A DNA stretch of 56,890 bases, taken from Hydrurus foetidus. Lineage: Eukaryota. Position 1 is the first letter of the stretch. Every line of letters starts with the position of its first letter. Below are positions 13,201-26,400 of this stretch, piece by piece. The position numbers were made by a program, and so were the translations under genes. The notes beneath the pieces were generated by a model, which made no database searches, was not told the DNA's origin, and was given only the letters and a program-made list of their open reading frames with translations. The stretch is from contig UYFQ01000244.1 in assembly GCA_900617105.1 (NCBI GenBank), positions 1 to 56,890 of the forward strand. Reading direction: 5' to 3'.

Positions 13201-14350
13201 CTACGCACTGTCAGGTGGTGTAGATTTCCTTTTCCTATTCCCTTCACTGACCTCATTATCATTATGTCCTAAATGCTGACCAGTCTCGGAGTTCAAGATT
13301 GCGCTATCATCACAAATCGCTTCCGTCAGGGTGGCAGCTAACAAACTGCTGGAGCTTGTTAAATCAGAAATCGCAGATATTGCAACTTGTGAAATGACTT
13401 CAACCTCATCTAGAGCAACCTTCACTCCTTGGGCCAGGTGCAGAACTTTAAAATCACACGGGGTCGCGGCTGTCACATCGAAGGAGTGAAAGACCAGCAG
13501 ACTTCTGCCCCATACTTCCGTCCCCAAAGGCGAGTAAAAGTTAAGGCCACACCCCGTTATTCCGAGTGACGTCTGCGTAGAAGATGACGTGCACTTTTTG
13601 ACTTCACTATCAATTCGACCAGCTCTGGCCATGCAAGCACAGACAGCGGCGTCAGGATCTTTGTAGAGGAGATCAGAAAAATGCAGAGGTAGGGGCAAAC
13701 TCATTTTCCGGCATCTTCTTACAGCATTTCTGTAACACTTCCAAGGCTGCGGCTCCACTAAAATACTGCCGACCTGGGTGATATGGCATTGCTGAATAGT
13801 AAGGTCAATACATGTTACTCGATGAAGCGATTCAACTTACATTAGTTAGAAGTCGAGCAGAGTCTACGAGAAACTTATCAAGACCGGAATCTCCATGATT
13901 AAGGTGGATCCACATTGTGATACTGAAAAGTGATATGAAAGAGAAACCTCTGAGATCCCGAGAAGCGCAAAAGTCGCTTATAATAGAAATCCCACTCCCA
14001 CTGTCTACAGACATGATGTCGACTGTTTGAAAAGAAATGCCAAGTCCATGTTTGTTCTTTTGAATTGCTCTATCGATCAAAGCATCATCGAGATCAACAC
14101 CCAACATAAAACATTCAACATGAGCCGGTAGCTCAGAGATGGCCCTTTCATATATCTCAGCTGTGAGATTGCCCTCATTGCACCCGACATCGAGCAATGT
14201 GAACTTTCGCGGTTGTCCTTGAGCTCTCCATAATGATAGGAAGAAGCTGTCGGGGATCAGCTTTGTCCGTGTTTTCTGTTCATGGAATGAGTAATAAGAA
14301 TGAAAGTTTCCGAATTTATGACCACGGGCAATGTCGGTTGAGTCGCACAT
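13201..14350 (-). CDS. BCDIN3D: Bin3-type SAM-dependent RNA 5'-phosphate methyltransferase (BCDIN3D-like); exons 14350-13841 and 13773-13201 (~360 aa)
   Basis: Motifs FGNFHSYYSFH, LLDVGCNEG, LFSITMWIHLNHGDSGL and VEPQPWKCY. A 67-bp GT-AG intron (13774-13840) joins the two ORFs in frame. Confidence 0.85.
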
Positions 14351-16470
14351 GTTTCTTCCACGAAAATCATCACTCTGGACTCTGATCCTAGGTGATCAAC
14401 TGGTAGATGATGACTAATCATCGCAAGTGCATGAGCGCCAGCTCTCAGATGCTCATTGCTCACTGCTCTATAGTTTGTTGGGAGTTGGGACGTGAAGTGT
14501 TGGAAAGTGATACCAAAATAGGAATCCCTTCGGGGATGGCGATACTCCGGATCTAGGCAGAATTAGGTACGACAGTACCAACCCGCGGTCACATCCAGGA
14601 AGAAATAGAAAATAGAAAATACCTATTGGAGCAATCCTAATGCAAGTGGCATACTAGCAGTCAGTATGCAGCAGATGACGTGGATATTTTGACACGTTAC
14701 GTACTAGAAACTTCTTCATGTGTAAAGCTCCAAGAGTGATTCCAAAGGGAATCGTTGTACGCAGGTAATAAGATGCTTTATCATGAGACTGAGAGGTTCC
14801 AAAGGTGGTGTGCCGCCGAGGGTCCAATATGGCCCTTTGGAAAGAAACTCATTCCTACAGGATTGGTGGAGATCAGTCTTCATTGCCACAAGCACTGGGA
14901 CTTTATTATAGCTGCGCTGAGAGAGTACGTCAGAGACAATTATCAAGGCCTACAGTCGATCTGTCGGATCCCGTTGATGAGTATCGGCATATAAGGAATA
15001 CCAACCGCCAATTGCCACTGCCGCAGAACTGGATCATATCGATTTCGTTGGAGGCCTCACAGAATTACAAGAACTCAAGAGGATGATGTTTATGGAAGCC
15101 TGGGGTGCAAGATATAGCGATTACCTCAATTCATTGAGTCAGCAGCAGCAGGCTACTGGGCCATCCGAGGCATGTGTTTGCCACAGCTCAACTCCCTGCT
15201 CGCCCTCGATGCCACTTTCCTAGCCTGCATAGAAGACGACCCATTGCGATTGCTACATATAATCAAGTGTCTCATGTCCTAAATTCCACTCCTAGTTAGT
15301 TTGGAATTTTGAAAATTAAAATCCGTGACCGATCCCACTTGACTTCTAACATAAAATAACACTACAGAACGCACTGAGGGTTCAGGGTTAGAACTAAGCT
15401 GGACTGATGAGTCAGCGGGATTTTCATGAAAAAACTCTTTGAAAGAATAATAGATCGAAAACTCTTGAACATCATGTTCGAAACATGTGTCTTGCTAGTT
15501 TACATTATGTTGGTTTCGACAATTTTACACCATTTCAGGGCTACTGTATCGCTGCCAGCTTGCTTCGTCAATCATTGTGAGAGATTTTGTTCGGGATGTT
15601 ACGTCTTGCATCAATTTCAATTTGGATTCTACTTTCTATTTTCTATTTTATGAGAAGTTTGCTGCTTATCGGAGATACATCAGTAGTACGGATATGTAGC
15701 TCAAGATTAACATCCGAGAGTGGCTTTCTTTCGATGCTGCTGTGGGCAGAGCAGAGCAGTGCAGTGATAAAGAGCAGCTAAGACGTGACTGGATATGCAC
15801 CGTGGATACCCAATTGTGTCAGAGTCGAATCTCCTCATACACTGATATCTGTCGATCCAGTGAAGTGATCTGGCGCTTTGATCAATATCTACCTGCTGCC
15901 CTCCTTCTTACTGACTTTGTACTCACTTACGCGCTCACCTCCATGAGCACTTCATTGCTCATTGCCCACCCATGACACGCCATACTTGCAATACGGCTAC
16001 AGCCAGATGATAAGGTGAGTTCGATGAGTTCTTGCTGTGTTCCGCTTCCCATAAAGACAATGCAATGCACTGCAGTACATGAGATAGTGTAGAGTGGTGT
16101 AAGTTCTGATTCTCCCTCATCTCATCTCATCTCATCTCATCTGATTCGTGCAGTGGAGATGGTTCAAGAAGTGTACTCCTCCTTTCCCCCGCCTTCTCTC
16201 CCAATCCATATCCTACTTCACCATCCCTCATCTACCTCTACCTCTTCTATCTTTGAACGAGATCATTTCCAAGGACTTGCAGTAATGCACACGTACATGT
16301 ACAGCACATGTGATGTACAGCAACAAAATATTGCACACTAGTGGACCTCCTGTGCATCTCTGGGATCTAGGATGCATTCAATCGCTACAGACAACACACA
16401 CCCTCTCCTGCCCACCTCCTTTCCTTCCATTGTACCTCATCGCACCTCACTAAATACCTAGTGACTTCTT

Positions 16471-19122
16471 TTATCGACCTTTCTTTCCCCCAAAGGGATC
16501 TACAATGTCGTATATTTTCTTTTTGAAGAGATCGCCTTTGAAATATTCTTCCCAATTGTTCTTCAGCACCACTGCTGCACACGGACCGCTGCCCTTACCC
16601 TCTCCCTCTCCTTGACTCTGTGCCTTTGCCTGTGTTCTCTTCCTGTGCTCGTCCTTCTCTTGATAGAGCTGCATCAGTCTGTTGAATCTAACCGGAGTGA
16701 GACCGAATGCGAGGAGGGAGTCTTCGAATGATCTCGCATACGCATGCGTCATCCACTCCTTGAGGTCTGCCTTGAACTCTCTGCTGTCTTCAGGTGTGCT
16801 CCTGCGACCCGCTAGATCGTCCAGAAACACGGATGAGCGCCACACACCGAACAGCACCGCATCCACCTGCAACTTGTTCAAGAAGGAGGAGTACACGGAA
16901 TCTATCAGATCCAGGAACTCTGCGTCAGCCTCGGCAACGTTCTGCTGCTCGCTGAGATAAGTGTACGGCGTGTAGGAGGGGTCCGCCATGCGCTCCCACT
17001 TAGTGAGTTGCTTCTTCACGAGATCGATGTCGGTGCCTCCCTTGTATCGTTGGCGCAATTCAAGTAGCTGAGTTGCCACGTACCTCTCAAATTGCTTCTC
17101 AGTCATGCCGTGGGGATCTGCTAGCAGTATGTACGTACGCATGAAGTCGCTTCTACGAACTCCTGTCATGGGTAAGGGCAGGGAGAGTGCGTACGAGTAG
17201 TGACGCTGATTGTGCGTACGTACTGTATGGTGTGCGTAGTCAACGTTCAGAAATGTATACAGCTCCTTGCTCACTTGCTCCTTCGCCAACACGTGAGCAG
17301 CGTGATGCAGTGACTCTGTGAATGCGTAGACATCCTCTGGAGACATCACCTTCGCCTCCTTGTCTGACGAGGGGATGGCGTACTTCTTGCCCACCTTCAA
17401 CATTCCTTCTACTGCTGACATGCGCTCCTCACTGTCTGACTGTTGTGCTGCATCAATCTTACCCTCTCCCTCTTCCTTTACCTCTCCACTTCTCACTGAC
17501 TCCCTATCTCTTTCATTCGCTCTATTTAGAGATCCAAAGTGATCAATAGCGGTTTTGGCGAGAAGTTTCACGTCATGGGATGGCTCTCCATGCTTCTCCG
17601 TAACGCCACTGACATCAGGCAGGATCTTCTGCTTGCGTAACAGAGCAGAGAGCTGCTGTGTGGCGTGCATCTGTAAGGCAGGGATGCACAAGAGTGATCT
17701 GAGGGTAGGCCACAAAGAGAGAGTTTCTCTTATGAAGTCCCCCCTTGTTATATACTCTGCCTTGAGGAAGGTCATGGAGGTGGACATGTTCACGACAGCT
17801 GCCACAGCATAGCTGCCGGTCATCCAGTACACCGCACTGAGCGTCAAACCGTCAAGCAAATTCATGGCGAATGCATGTTCTGGTGTCAAGTGGCAGATAG
17901 GAGCCCTTAGATCGTACGTCGTGTTCGTTACTGCGCATGCATAGATGACGGGAGTGAATATCATGGCAGGTACGACACCCCCACACGCCACTAGACGCGT
18001 GAAAAGCACCACTCGGAATATGTACTCTTCAAAGAGAGGCCTCAAGATCAAGTGGATCGTGAGTCTCTCTGCAGTGAATGGGTCTCTGAGTGTTGCACCG
18101 TGCCACACGAAGGGTATCTCCGCTGGCATGGAATCATCCAGTTCAGCTAACTCGTCCTCATCAATGCCGAATATCCCCATCATACCCTCCATGAGGCTGG
18201 GCATCACGTCAGCGTTGTTCTGCCCGTTTGAGGGGTTAAAATAGCTGCTGTATATGCTCTTATCTTCGGCCATAGTCATCCTCTTGTTGGTTAGCTGACT
18301 GAGTGAGTACTGATTCAATACGAATTGAGCAGCTATAATAACGGTAGGCCAGAATATACTTTTCGCTCCAGGGATCTTTGGAATCGCCATGATAGGAGTC
18401 CAGAACCTGTTCATGGCCAAGCAGAAGGACCCGTATCCTAGGAGAGTGAAGAGCATCACTTTCTCTGTCTGATCGAGAGCGTCTTCGGGAGTGAGCCGCT
18501 GTCCCCCCTTCTTGATCAACAGTCTGTCAAGCCGCTCTTGCTGCCTTTCAAATTTTGCTCCGAAGCTCGTCACGAGATGGCTAGTGTCGAGAAGTGCATC
18601 AAAAACTCTTATCGTTGTATCTTTACTGTCTAGTACAACCATTTTGCTTTCATCTATTCGTGGGACATGGTGAATAGCCCCTCTTTTCATGGCATTTGCC
18701 AACACGATTTCTAAGTCCGCCTTCGGAATGAGTCTATATTCTTCCTTGACACCATGGGCAGAATGAAATGGTAAAGTTTTTTCACGATCTTTGAGAACAT
18801 CTGCGAAAGTATCAATGTCTGTAAGATTTCTGCTGAGTTCGTCCAGATCTGCCTTTGCGATATTCCTTGTTTTCGTGTTATGTGGCGCTGATAATGGCTT
18901 CATTGCTGAAATGAGTCTGGTGTAATGAACTTTTTCAATGCCTCGTAAAATCTCAGTGTATTCGACAGCCAGACTGAGAGACTGCTCAATAATAGCTGGT
19001 GAGGATTCTAATACCTCGTCGTAAACACTTTGCTTTGGGGCGAAGAATAATGCGGCAAGGCCTCCTATATACGTAAGCGGTGCAGCCTCGCTGTAAAATC
19101 TCAGTGCTTTGTTAAAGGACAT
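16471..19122 (-). CDS. 883-aa membrane protein with a CPBP (Abi/type II CAAX protease)-like domain
   Basis: Single long ORF containing PLFEEYIFR followed by several hydrophobic helices. Confidence 0.7.
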   Translation of the reverse strand: MSFNKALRFYSEAAPLTYIGGLAALFFAPKQSVYDEVLESSPAIIEQSLSLAVEYTEILRGIEKVHYTRLISAMKPLSAPHNTKTRNIAKADLDELSRNLTDIDTFADVLKDREKTLPFHSAHGVKEEYRLIPKADLEIVLANAMKRGAIHHVPRIDESKMVVLDSKDTTIRVFDALLDTSHLVTSFGAKFERQQERLDRLLIKKGGQRLTPEDALDQTEKVMLFTLLGYGSFCLAMNRFWTPIMAIPKIPGAKSIFWPTVIIAAQFVLNQYSLSQLTNKRMTMAEDKSIYSSYFNPSNGQNNADVMPSLMEGMMGIFGIDEDELAELDDSMPAEIPFVWHGATLRDPFTAERLTIHLILRPLFEEYIFRVVLFTRLVACGGVVPAMIFTPVIYACAVTNTTYDLRAPICHLTPEHAFAMNLLDGLTLSAVYWMTGSYAVAAVVNMSTSMTFLKAEYITRGDFIRETLSLWPTLRSLLCIPALQMHATQQLSALLRKQKILPDVSGVTEKHGEPSHDVKLLAKTAIDHFGSLNRANERDRESVRSGEVKEEGEGKIDAAQQSDSEERMSAVEGMLKVGKKYAIPSSDKEAKVMSPEDVYAFTESLHHAAHVLAKEQVSKELYTFLNVDYAHHTVRTHNQRHYSYALSLPLPMTGVRRSDFMRTYILLADPHGMTEKQFERYVATQLLELRQRYKGGTDIDLVKKQLTKWERMADPSYTPYTYLSEQQNVAEADAEFLDLIDSVYSSFLNKLQVDAVLFGVWRSSVFLDDLAGRRSTPEDSREFKADLKEWMTHAYARSFEDSLLAFGLTPVRFNRLMQLYQEKDEHRKRTQAKAQSQGEGEGKGSGPCAAVVLKNNWEEYFKGDLFKKKIYDIVDPFGGKKGR

Positions 19123-19528
19123 CGTGTCGGCTACTCCTATTGCAAATCAGAAGAAGTGGTCGGAGCTGATAAAGCGAGCTTGGGATAGACTGGAGTTTGT
19201 TACGCAGTGACTATCAAATGGGCTGTGCAGTATCATCGATTAAATTCAGCAATGTAGATTACGACCTCCGCTGATTTCATTACAGCTGAGGTCAACTATT
19301 GAAAAGCGAACTGTTTTCTCCACTGGTTCGTTGTATCTCCTGCTGCTATTGCTGCGCCCTATGCGAAGAGAGCGAAAACACAGGAGGATTGACGGATTTC
19401 GATTTCCTAGCTCTCCTCTCAACTCCCTGATGAAGCCTGTTGACTCTCTGTGATGAGTAATGAGGATTAAGACGAAGAAGCAACTCCGAACTCAACTCAA
19501 CTCAACTCGAACTCTCACAACTCCGCTC

Positions 19529-19734
19529 ACATGCGAAACATACAGAGAAAAAATCCTCAAAATGTCGACGTTCAAAATAATTCCACCCAAGTTCTACCCC
19601 GAGGATTTGAGGATTTCTGGAATCTTGAAAACGAAACCTCAGATTCTGAGGTTTCATTTCGTGGATCTTGGGTACAGCGATGTAACGTCGACGTTTGAGG
19701 ATTTGAGGATTTTTTCGGTGTATGTTTCGTATGT
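19529..19734. mobile_element. MITE-like palindromic element (~206 bp)
   Basis: Imperfect ~33-bp TIRs (acatgcgaaacatacagagaaaaaatcctcaaa / tttgaggattttttcggtgtatgtttcgtatgt), an inner inverted gtcgacgtt/aacgtcgac pair, and the hairpin gaaacctcag-att-ctgaggtttc. No clear TSD. Confidence 0.55.
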
Positions 19735-21301
19735 CAGAACACAAAAACTTCCTCAAGAGGGAGTACTTATGTGTGTGCACGTACGGTACTGATCTCCATG
19801 GTTGGTAGTTGGTACCTACTCCACAGTATGTAAGCGCATCGTTGAAATCAATTTATTAAGCGATTGCCCGCTAAATAAGGACCTTCATCTCAGCACTATT
19901 TGATACTGCCAGGTCTGAACTAAGTGAAGTACAAAAGCAACCTAAAACATCACTGGTAAAATGAAAAAATTAAGGAACTTAGGTCTGCAAATTACCACTG
20001 CGTTTTCCGCGGAAGAAATGGGCAAAATCGAAATTCACGTACGTCTACATGCTCCATTCTCCACGGTGCCGATTTCTGCGATGCAGTAATATGCCTTTGC
20101 CAGAGAAATATCATCTAAGGATAGAGACGCCTGCATAACTGTACACGGTGTTTAGCAGGAAAAGTAAATTTGCATACTTCCTGGTCGTGCATATCTACGT
20201 TAAGTGCTGCTCGGCTCGTGAAGCAAATATACAGGTTGCTGGTATTGACATTAAATACAATACAGTACCTGGTTTGGTGCAGGCCTTGAGTTGAGTCAAG
20301 GTGAGATCTACTCGTTCCATACTTACATGTCTTCCGTTGTTTTCTCAATATGATCTTCTACTGTAACGAGTAGACTGCAGTACAGCAGCTTTACCCGAAC
20401 ATGGTCACTTACCACCTCCCCTCTCTTCATCTCGATTCGAGAAGCACCTGGTACTGGTGATGTCATCCAGCTGTTATCTCCCCCTTCCCTCTCATCCCCC
20501 TTTCCTGTCCCGTCATATCATATCATGTTATACTAAATGAGTACGATTTGCACCACACCATACCACACCGCACCACATTCTGCCTAAGGAGAGCCCTCTC
20601 AGGATACTGCCATTAAAAATAAAATAAAATTGATCCGTTACAAATAACGTTTATCCACACACTGTCGATGTGACAATCGAATTCAAATTTATATGTACAG
20701 GTATTTGAAATTAGTACGCGCTAATCTATGGGGAAAGTTGAAGAAGGAAAATGGTATGAAGGAAAGTAGAGGAAAGTGAAGTGAGGAGAAATGTCACTGA
20801 AGGCGAAGAGAGGCGAGGTGAGGCAAGGCGAGGCGAAGAGAGGAGTTGAGATGGGATGGAAAAATCCAAGTTCACATCGCTGTGCTGAGCTATGCTATGA
20901 TGTGGGGTGATGTAGGATGACCGGTGATGCGGACGAGGGCACTGACAGTGACAGCCCGCACCAGTGAACAGAGAGAGACACTCCAATTGACTTCACTTCA
21001 CTTATCAACACCGAATTGTTTCGCTTGGCTGTTCATTACAACAGAAAGGGAGTGACCAGTGGGTCGGGATATGACGGTCGGGTTGGACATGTTGTGAATG
21101 TTGAGTTGCAATGCAGTGCTTCCAGTTCTATCGCTGCTGTCGTTGGTGTTGCTATAGCTCCTCCCACGATGAGATGAGATGGGATGGGAAGAAAAGAGGC
21201 ATGTAGTGTGCAGTGTATGGCATCATCATGTCTATGAATGGGATGGATACAGAGCAAAGAGGAAGAGAGAAAGGAGAGGAGAGAGTGAGTATGACTCAAG
21301 C

Positions 21302-23452
21302 TTAAGAGAATCCAAACCCCTCTGAACACTCCCTGATAGCCATCAGCAGCTTGGATCGCATGACCTCCACTGAAGGATACTCGGGGAGGTCCAGCTGATT
21401 GAAGCAGGTGTGCGCGGTGGGAAGGAGCAAGGGGTTGAAGGCCTTGTGCACCCCGAACCTTTGCACTCCTTCCGATCCCTGTAGGGATGAAAACCCATCA
21501 AGCGGCACCTAGATAGAAGAGGGGAGGGCAGGGCAGGATAGAGGTGAGGTGAGAAGAAAAGAGAAAGAAGGAGAAGGGAAGATGAGGGGAGCAGAGAAGA
21601 GAAGAAAAGAGAAGAGAAGAGTCAAGTACGTGAATGGGATATTATATTACAGTAGAAATAAGTACTCAGTCAGAGAAGCAGGAAATTAATTACCCGGTGG
21701 GTCAGAGCACCATGAAAAACGGAATTGGATTGAATTGCAATGCATTGCATTGCATAGAATAGGGTGGAGGGGTATGATATGGCAGAGAAAACTTTATTAA
21801 AGTATGCAAGTAGTGAGAAAACTGATGAACAGCGTGCTCTCACTCGCTCACTATCATTCGGCCCAATATACCTTGCTGGTTCCTGAGAAGAACTGAACGA
21901 AGAGGGCTTTCTCCTCTTTCGAAAAAGCGGTGACCACCGTCCACAGCATGATGATGGTTGGGTCGGATGCCTTGTAGTTTGTGTACTCTGTGTGGGCTCT
22001 GAGGTCCTCAATGTCTATGTCGGGCAGACCGGATATGAGCAGCTCCAGCTCTAAGGGGTCGAAGAATGAGATGGCTTCCAGAGGGATGAGGGAATGGAAC
22101 CCTTCCAAGAAGGAGTGCAACTGGTCCTTACAAGCTGCTGTCATGCGGTGGTGTGCGATGAGTCTGACGTACTCCTCTTTGTTGGAATCTGTAACCACTG
22201 TCGCATTGCCCCCCTCTATCATGTCCACGGCCACGCTCTCTCCGAAGGCCTGAGAGTCCGCAGTGAAGTACAAGGAATCTTCGAACCCAAGGTCCACCAG
22301 TGGGGAGGAGAGCAGCAGGCAGAGGGACTTGTAGTACTCCGGATCGATGGCTTCTAAATCATGGTAGCTCACAGCTGCACCCAGCATGTGCTTGTATATT
22401 GGTCTGGTGAAGTGTGCGTCTAGCAGCTGACCGTCACACACTGCCTTGCCTATCACGGTGCCCACCAGTCTGAAGTACTCTAGATGTTCTGGATTCGCTC
22501 CGCTGTTGGGGTTGGGCTGATAAGTCACTCCATCGCTGGCAGGGAGAAAGAGAGCGTAGTTGGGTCGGAATACCTAAGATTAGAAGAAGTGGAAATTGAG
22601 TCTGTTGGTTGATTTGGTTAGGAGCGATGGGACGACACATGATAGAGTGTGGGAAGGTGAAGGAGAAGGGGAAGGAGTACGAGACAGCTGATAGCACCAG
22701 GATACTAGTGAAAGGTGAGGAAAAAGAAGAAAAGGAAGGAAGGAAGAGAAGAAAGGAAGGAAGGAAGGAAGGAAGAAAGGAAGGAAGGAAGGAAGGAAGA
22801 AGAAAGGAAGGAATGAAGGAAGGAAGAAACGAAGAAAGGAAGGAAGGAAGGAAGGAAGGAAGGAAGGAAGAAAGGAAGGAAGGAAGGAAGGAAAAAACAG
22901 AAGAGATAGTAAAGGACTTCGAGGAAATGGTTTAGTCGTCGCATGTACGTACCTCTCGCATGAGCAGTGCATACCACTCTCTGGTCAGTCCCCCCCCGTC
23001 CACTCCATCCTCCCCCACAAACATGATGTCAAAATTGCTCCTCAACAGCTTCTTGGATGTGATGAACTGCAGTGCTTCATACGTGCACTGCAGGATGCGG
23101 TCTCTCTCTATCTCCATGCCTATGGTGGCATCATCATCCTCTTCATCGCTCTCCTCCTCGGAGGCTGAGCGCGTGTCTGACCCCCTTGCAAGCCGCCTCA
23201 ATTTCAACTTGAGATATGCCCTCTTGACATCGAAGTCCAGGATCTTCCTCCCCCCCAGGGATGTCAGTAGCAGCACGAGGGACCCCTCGAAGAGTCGGGT
23301 GTTCTGTCTACCGAGGGCGTTAAGAAGAGAGCTGTTGTTCTCGCAGAACTCACTCAACCGCTCTGTAGTCACACTCCCACTCCCACTCCCATTCCCACTA
23401 CAACTCCCATTAAATGATGCTGACGATGCTGCTGATACTGCTGAGTATGAGC

Positions 23453-23485
<33 letters not shown>

Positions 23486-26400
23486 GCGTGGGAATTGCTG
23501 CTGCAGTTGCGAAAGCATTAGATTGTGGAATCGGTTCTAAGTCCATGTTGACTGCCACGTCAGCACCATCAGGTAGAGAGGATCTCCCTTCTCTGTCTCT
23601 GTCTCTGTCTCTGTCACCCCTAATGGGTGTACTAGGGGCAACATCTGAAGCGATGGATGTGTGTGTCGTCACAATCACTGTACTCTCCTCTTTCACATCT
23701 TCCAGAATCAAAGAAGAAGAGGATGAGGATGAGGAGGGGTAGAAAGAGAAAGGGGGCTGTGTGGTGGTTCGTAGTGCTCTGTATGTGTTGGAGGTGTTAG
23801 GGTTTAAGGCATACACTGTAGGAGCCTTGACGACAGGAGGCGCGAAGATACCGGGTGTCGGGGCAGCGATGTTCCACGGGTTTCTCCAGGACACCTGAGC
23901 TTGCAGTCTAGGTGGAGTGAAGGAAGGGACGTCTGGACTGTCACTGTCTGCTGTTGCAGTAGCTGTTGATGTAGCGATGGTGCTGTGGATGGAGTGGGCG
24001 TTGGTGGTAGTGTGGGAGAGGGGGTGTAGAGTGGAGTGGGTAGTGTCTGTGCTCTGTGATGCAGGACTGACGCACTGCAACTCGCAGTATGCAGCTCTCA
24101 GGTAGCACTCCACGAGAGGCACCATGCGGCTGGAGAGAGGAGAGACGATGTGGGTGGGCTTTCGGAGCAACTCCTTCATCCTCGCAGACTGCGCGGTAGG
24201 GCTGTTGATTTCCTCTGTGACCGCATCACTGCTGGCACTATCACTACTACTGCTAGTACTATTGCTGAGCAGTGCACTGTGTTCGAGATGTCTGATCTTG
24301 TCCATGCACGTCTCTAAGTCAGACCAGAGGTCACTCGCTGCGATGCGCTTTATTGCCTGATATACCGAGTCCATCCGTTTCTTCTTTTCTACACTGATCT
24401 CCGTATCATCTGCAGCACTGCTGCCTGAGTGCGTATGCATGCGTATGCCTCTCATGGTCATCAGCAGCTCAAGCACTCTCAAGAGGCGCAGCTCGCCGTC
24501 TGCAGCTGAGGGGGCAGCGAGAGCACAGGAGTCAAAGCGGATTCTGGATTCTAGGTCCACGATCCGTGCTGTGCGCTGCACTTGTCCCTTTAGGTCAGAT
24601 ATCTGGACACACGCTATACGGTCCAGCTGACTGAGTATGCGACGCCAGTTAGAGGGGTCAGAGAGAAGTGCGCAGAATATCAACTGGATGTATTTGTGAT
24701 CCCTCGCACAGCCTATGTCGTGCACAGCTACATGTATCACTCCTGCCACTGCCTCTTCACTGACAGACATGCATGGGCTGTACCTATCAAGCGCACCCAC
24801 ACTGCAGCTAGAGAGCGCCTTAGGGGGGTCTGATGGGTCCAATATTTCGGCCCTGTCGAGTATCCTGTGTATGTCATAGAGAGCGGATATTCGTCCAGAG
24901 GAGTCTAAAGTGGGATGCACCATGAGTCGCAATAGACAATCCAGATATGTGTGTGTCGTCATTGGATGCAGTGAAGGCACATGCACCTGATCTGCATTGC
25001 TCTCAAGAAGAGTGCTATGATTGCTACCAGATGGGACACTACTGTCTACATCGATGAGATCTGAATATTGCCCCTCATCTTCTCCACCCGTCACCGTGTT
25101 TGAATGACTGCTCACTCGTGTGGTGATAGGCGCATCTTGTCTGCGCCACAGAGCAGCAGCCACCCAATGTCTGTTAGCGCGACATGCTGCCAGTATGTTG
25201 GAACTCGCGTTGAGCAGCCTCAGCACCAAATCGCCAGTCACGTCTTCTTGTAGCCTGCTTGTCAGTTGCTGTCTCGCGATGCTCTCTAACTCACGCTCGT
25301 CTACAGAGGGGGCACCAAGCAGTGCGAGATAGAATGCGGTGGGATGACTGCAGTGCACTGCAGCTGTCAGACTCGCCACAGCAAGGCAGAACTGCTCAAC
25401 CTCATGTTCTTCGCCTAGCTTGACCTCGCTCTCATCTCTACCCGTATATACCAACTCCCTCTTCACTCTGGGAACGTACATGTTCAAGGAGTACGCAAAG
25501 TGACGTACGTACTCTAACCGCAGCTGAGGGCAGGAGATGCGGTACTTCTCATTGATCGGTGTCGAAGATGAGGAGGGGGAATAAGAAGAAGACGGGGTGC
25601 ATTTGTGCAGACTCAAGAGGGAGAGGTGGAGGCTCGGCAGCATTTGGCGAAAGAGCGCTTTGTCGGCCTTGGCTAATGCGGCCAGTTCCATCTCTTCCTC
25701 TTCCAACCCGTCTCCGTCTCCATCTGCGCTCTTAAATTGCCCCTTAGCACGATCGATTTCTGAGGATCTGGTGAAGGCTGCACGCCTCTCCTGTTCAGTG
25801 AATGCGCGGTAAAGGGCCAATCCTTGGTTTATGGAACTGCACGAGTCAGCTGCAGCAGCTACATCAACATCAACACCCGCACATACGCCCATCTCAACAT
25901 GGACATCAGCATGGACATTCACATCCTCGGTAACATTGTCAGCTGCACTGCCGCAGACTCTGTCCAAGAGGGCTACTTGCTGTACCATTTCTTCTAATAC
26001 TGCCTGCACATTCTCCTTCTCCTTCTCCTTCTCCTCCTCTTCCACTTCCTTTTTCTCCTTCTCTTTCTCTTTGTCAGCTACCCCCTTCACTTTACCATTT
26101 TTTACCACCCCTTCTTTTGCTTCTCTCTTTGCCAAGTGGTCTTGGAGGAGATAGAGATAAGGCACGATGAGTGAGCGCCACCTCATGGACCCTAAGTCGC
26201 CCCATCGCCTCGTCTCAAGTGCGTACGTCTTGAATACGTGTCTTCTTTGTTGCTGCTCAGTGTGCAAGAGAGACTCAGCCTTTGCTTGCAGGTCCAAGCA
26301 TCTAGAGAGGTCTAGCACAGCAGGAGAGTCGTATGTCCATTCTGGAGGGCCGCGACTTTCCTCTCCTTCCCTCTTCACTTCTGAGCGACTGTCACTAGAC

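Noticed and set aside
22434..22977. ORFs such as FLPSFLPS.. and EGRKEGRK..
   Set aside because: Translations of an intronic (GGAA)n microsatellite.
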